DNA of 64,000 nt from positions 1-64,000 of IMG/VR virus record IMGVR_UViG_3300036985_002246. The stretch is one strand, 5' to 3'. Below, piece by piece: positions 62,141 to 64,000 of this stretch. The position numbers and the translations under genes were made by a program. The stretch comes from a virus. The stretch's first letter is position 1. Each line of letters starts with the position of its first letter. The notes beneath the pieces were generated by a model, which worked only from the letters and a program-made list of their open reading frames with translations, made no database searches and was not told the origin of the DNA.

Positions 62141-62382
62141 AGTTCGTCTGCCAGATCCTCGGCCCGATCGACACGATCCCGAGAGGGCTCCCGGTCCCTG
62201 TGGAGGCTCGGAGCTACGAGAGCGCAGCACAGGTCCACGTCGCGTGTGACGCACCACGCCTCGCCCTGCTCCACCAGGAAGTCCTCGTCGCCGTCCGCCG
62301 GTCCGACGGCTCTGGACGGGCCTCGAAGCTGTTCATGGTCAGCGTCAACCTCACCTCGAAGCCCTGGGTGCCCAGTGTCTAA
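62137..62382 (+). CDS. Small hypothetical protein
   Basis: VEARSYESAAQVHV resembles the next gene. Confidence 0.6.
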   Translation: MKFVCQILGPIDTIPRGLPVPVEARSYESAAQVHVACDAPRLALLHQEVLVAVRRSDGSGRASKLFMVSVNLTSKPWVPSV

Positions 62383-62641
62383 CGGCCCGCGTGTCTTCTG
62401 GTGCCAGGTGGTCAGACCGGAAGTGAGCCACAAGCCCTGGCTCAACACTTCGGAAATGAAGGTCTCCGCACGGGGTCCAAAGTCGGCGGCTGAGTCCTTC
62501 GTCTCCTTCGACTACAGCGAGGCGATCCACTTCAGGCCGGGAGCCGTCATGGTGCGGGTCCGGGAGAGAGGGTCCGAGAGCCCACCCAGGTTCTTCTCGA
62601 TCACCACAACCGTCAAGGCGAAGGAGATTCGTCAGCCCTAA
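62375..62641 (+). CDS. Small hypothetical protein
   Basis: VSARGPKSAAESFV. Confidence 0.55.
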   Translation: MSNGPRVFWCQVVRPEVSHKPWLNTSEMKVSARGPKSAAESFVSFDYSEAIHFRPGAVMVRVRERGSESPPRFFSITTTVKAKEIRQP

Positions 62642-62682
62642 CGTGTAAAAGCCCCGAGCCCACCCGCTTAGAGGGTGCAGGG
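62640..62682 (+). promoter_or_regulatory. Conserved phage promoter motif, copy 18
   Basis: AACGTGTAAAA...CCCACCCGCTT...GGGTGCAGGG. Confidence 0.8.
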
Positions 62683-62714
62683 TGGCACAGGGTCACCCGA
62701 ACAGGGAGCGCGTC

Positions 62715-63254
62715 ATGGGTCTCTTCTCGTGGAACTGCAAGTCGTGTGGGCACCCGGCACTCAGCCACAGCGCGACCGACGCGGGGATCAACGCCTGGAT
62801 GGAGGATGTCGTCGTCCTGTCCAAGGACGGGAGCCGAAACTTCGGCAAGTACGACGGCTACGGTCGTGCGGGCCACTGGGACTACAACGGCGAAGAGGGT
62901 GACGACTGCGGCGGCGGAGAGCCCTGCCTGTACCACCGCGCCTGCTGGGAGGTCGCGGGGAAGCCTGCCTACTCCAGCCCGAGCAAGTCCGCCCGCGACC
63001 AGGGGTACTTCTTTTCGGACGGGGACCACGACCTCCTTGACCCCCGCAAGGAGCACGCTCCCGGCACGCTGGAGGTGCTCTGTGCCGAGCGTGACGGTCG
63101 CAAGCGCGGGTACGAGTTCAAGCGCCTGGACGAGGACGCGGACGAGGGCACGCACAAGGCGATCTACGAGGCCATGAAGGCTGAGGCCCGCCTCATGACG
63201 GTGGGGGCACGCATGACCCGGTTCGGGTACGACCCCTGCGAGTACGACCACTGA
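62715..63254 (+). CDS. Hypothetical protein with Cys motifs
   Basis: MGLFSWNCKSCG...YDGYGR...HRACW...DQGYF. Confidence 0.75.
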   Translation: MGLFSWNCKSCGHPALSHSATDAGINAWMEDVVVLSKDGSRNFGKYDGYGRAGHWDYNGEEGDDCGGGEPCLYHRACWEVAGKPAYSSPSKSARDQGYFFSDGDHDLLDPRKEHAPGTLEVLCAERDGRKRGYEFKRLDEDADEGTHKAIYEAMKAEARLMTVGARMTRFGYDPCEYDH

Positions 63255-63340
63255 GCCTGTTGCAGCGGTACTGAACCGCCGTCACGAGAACGTCTATATC
63301 TTTGGGTCTACGTCGGGCAATCCCCCTGACGTGGACCCAA

Positions 63341-63907
63341 ATGCAATTCCGCCAAGCTGAAGATCTCCCGAAGGACGTGGAACGCTACGTTGAGGAGGGG
63401 AAGGCTCAGGGCCTCCCCGAGAACCAGGCGTGGGCCGTCGCGTGGAGTCGGTACTGCAAGTACAAGAACCCCGGCAGCGACCACTGTCAGAAGTCCCCCA
63501 GCGAGTACTTCCCCGGTCGCAAGGCGTCCAACTCCGTGGAGAGCACGGCGGCTCGGGTCGCGATCCGTCACCTGGCTGCCGTGGCAGCAGGGTCGAAGAT
63601 CCTGCCCAAGGACCGCCAGAAGATCAACGCCGCCCTGATCCGAGCCGGGCTCGACGGGAACACCCGGTTCCAATCTCCTGGAATGGCCCTCGCGAAGGTC
63701 AACGAGATCCTTCAGGTCTTCGGGATCGAGTGGGACGAGGTGATCAACGCCCACTCGGTCAGTCGGCCCAAGGGGAACCTGCGGGTGGACCTCGCCACCT
63801 CGACCCCTGGGGACCCGTTCTCCCCCGTCTCAGTCACGAACACGACGCTCGCGTTCTTCTGGGACACGCTCGAAACCGGCATTGAAGCTATCGCCTACCT
63901 CGGCTGA
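63341..63907 (+). CDS. Modular hypothetical protein, candidate virion protein
   Basis: AWAVAWSRYC module, then TAARVAIRHL tag, then a second module. Confidence 0.75.
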   Translation: MQFRQAEDLPKDVERYVEEGKAQGLPENQAWAVAWSRYCKYKNPGSDHCQKSPSEYFPGRKASNSVESTAARVAIRHLAAVAAGSKILPKDRQKINAALIRAGLDGNTRFQSPGMALAKVNEILQVFGIEWDEVINAHSVSRPKGNLRVDLATSTPGDPFSPVSVTNTTLAFFWDTLETGIEAIAYLG

Positions 63908-63915
63908 GACCCAAC

Positions 63916-64000
63916 ATGACCAATCTTCGCTCGAAGCTGACCCGTCTCGCCTATGAGCAGCCTGCTCTCCGTGAGCACCTCCTCCCTCTCCTCTCGGACA
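63916..64000 (+). CDS. Partial protein running off the window, with an LRSKLTRLA...LLPLL N-terminal tag
   Basis: MTNLRSKLTRLAYEQPALREHLLPLLSD. Confidence 0.7.
   Translation, partial: MTNLRSKLTRLAYEQPALREHLLPLLSD

Noticed and set aside
1-64000. Retron, DGR, integrase or IS element
   Set aside because: No reverse-transcriptase YxDD context, recombinase or transposase motifs, or TR/VR pair were found by eye.
1-64000. Ordinary bacterial chromosome segment
   Set aside because: No housekeeping operons; the high share of tiny overlapping hypotheticals, homing endonucleases, endolysin and a private promoter motif point to a large phage. A plasmid-like phage cannot be excluded.

Overview
This GC-rich window is densely coding, with about 135 mostly short genes and many 4-bp ATGA/GTGA overlaps. 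It most likely comes from a large (jumbo-type) tailed dsDNA bacteriophage of a high-GC host; a Myxococcota-like host is only an inference. No capsid, terminase or housekeeping operons are visible. Recognisable genes: ECF-like sigma factor, two XRE regulators, two SET-domain proteins, an N6A/N4C DNA methyltransferase, a frameshifted PAPS-reductase-like gene, two Cys-based (CX5R) phosphatases, SWIM-fused ATP-dependent DNA ligase, Pol-beta-family nucleotidyltransferase, DEDDh exonuclease, CCA-type tRNA nucleotidyltransferase, GIY-YIG and HNH endonucleases, NDT-like glycosidase, dCTP deaminase, GNAT, MoxR AAA+ ATPase with a VWA partner, Dps-like ferritin, GroEL-like chaperonin, amidase endolysin, C39 peptidase, SspB-like adaptor, ThyX and a Mesh1-like HD hydrolase. 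Four signals stand out. (1) A promoter-driven ~158-nt RNA (28770-28927) has a long closing stem and a circularly permuted tRNA elbow (T-arm, short acceptor hairpin, D-arm), which is the Y-RNA/YrlA architecture; RNA-end-repair enzymes lie nearby. (2) An HNH gene is nested out of frame inside the methyltransferase, whose frame stays open across the 456-bp insert. (3) A bipartite promoter (CGTGWAAA-N15-CGCTT) occurs 18 times. (4) Short peptide tags recur across unrelated proteins and may be virion-targeting signals. All calls come from reading the sequence; no searches were run, and many start codons are best guesses.
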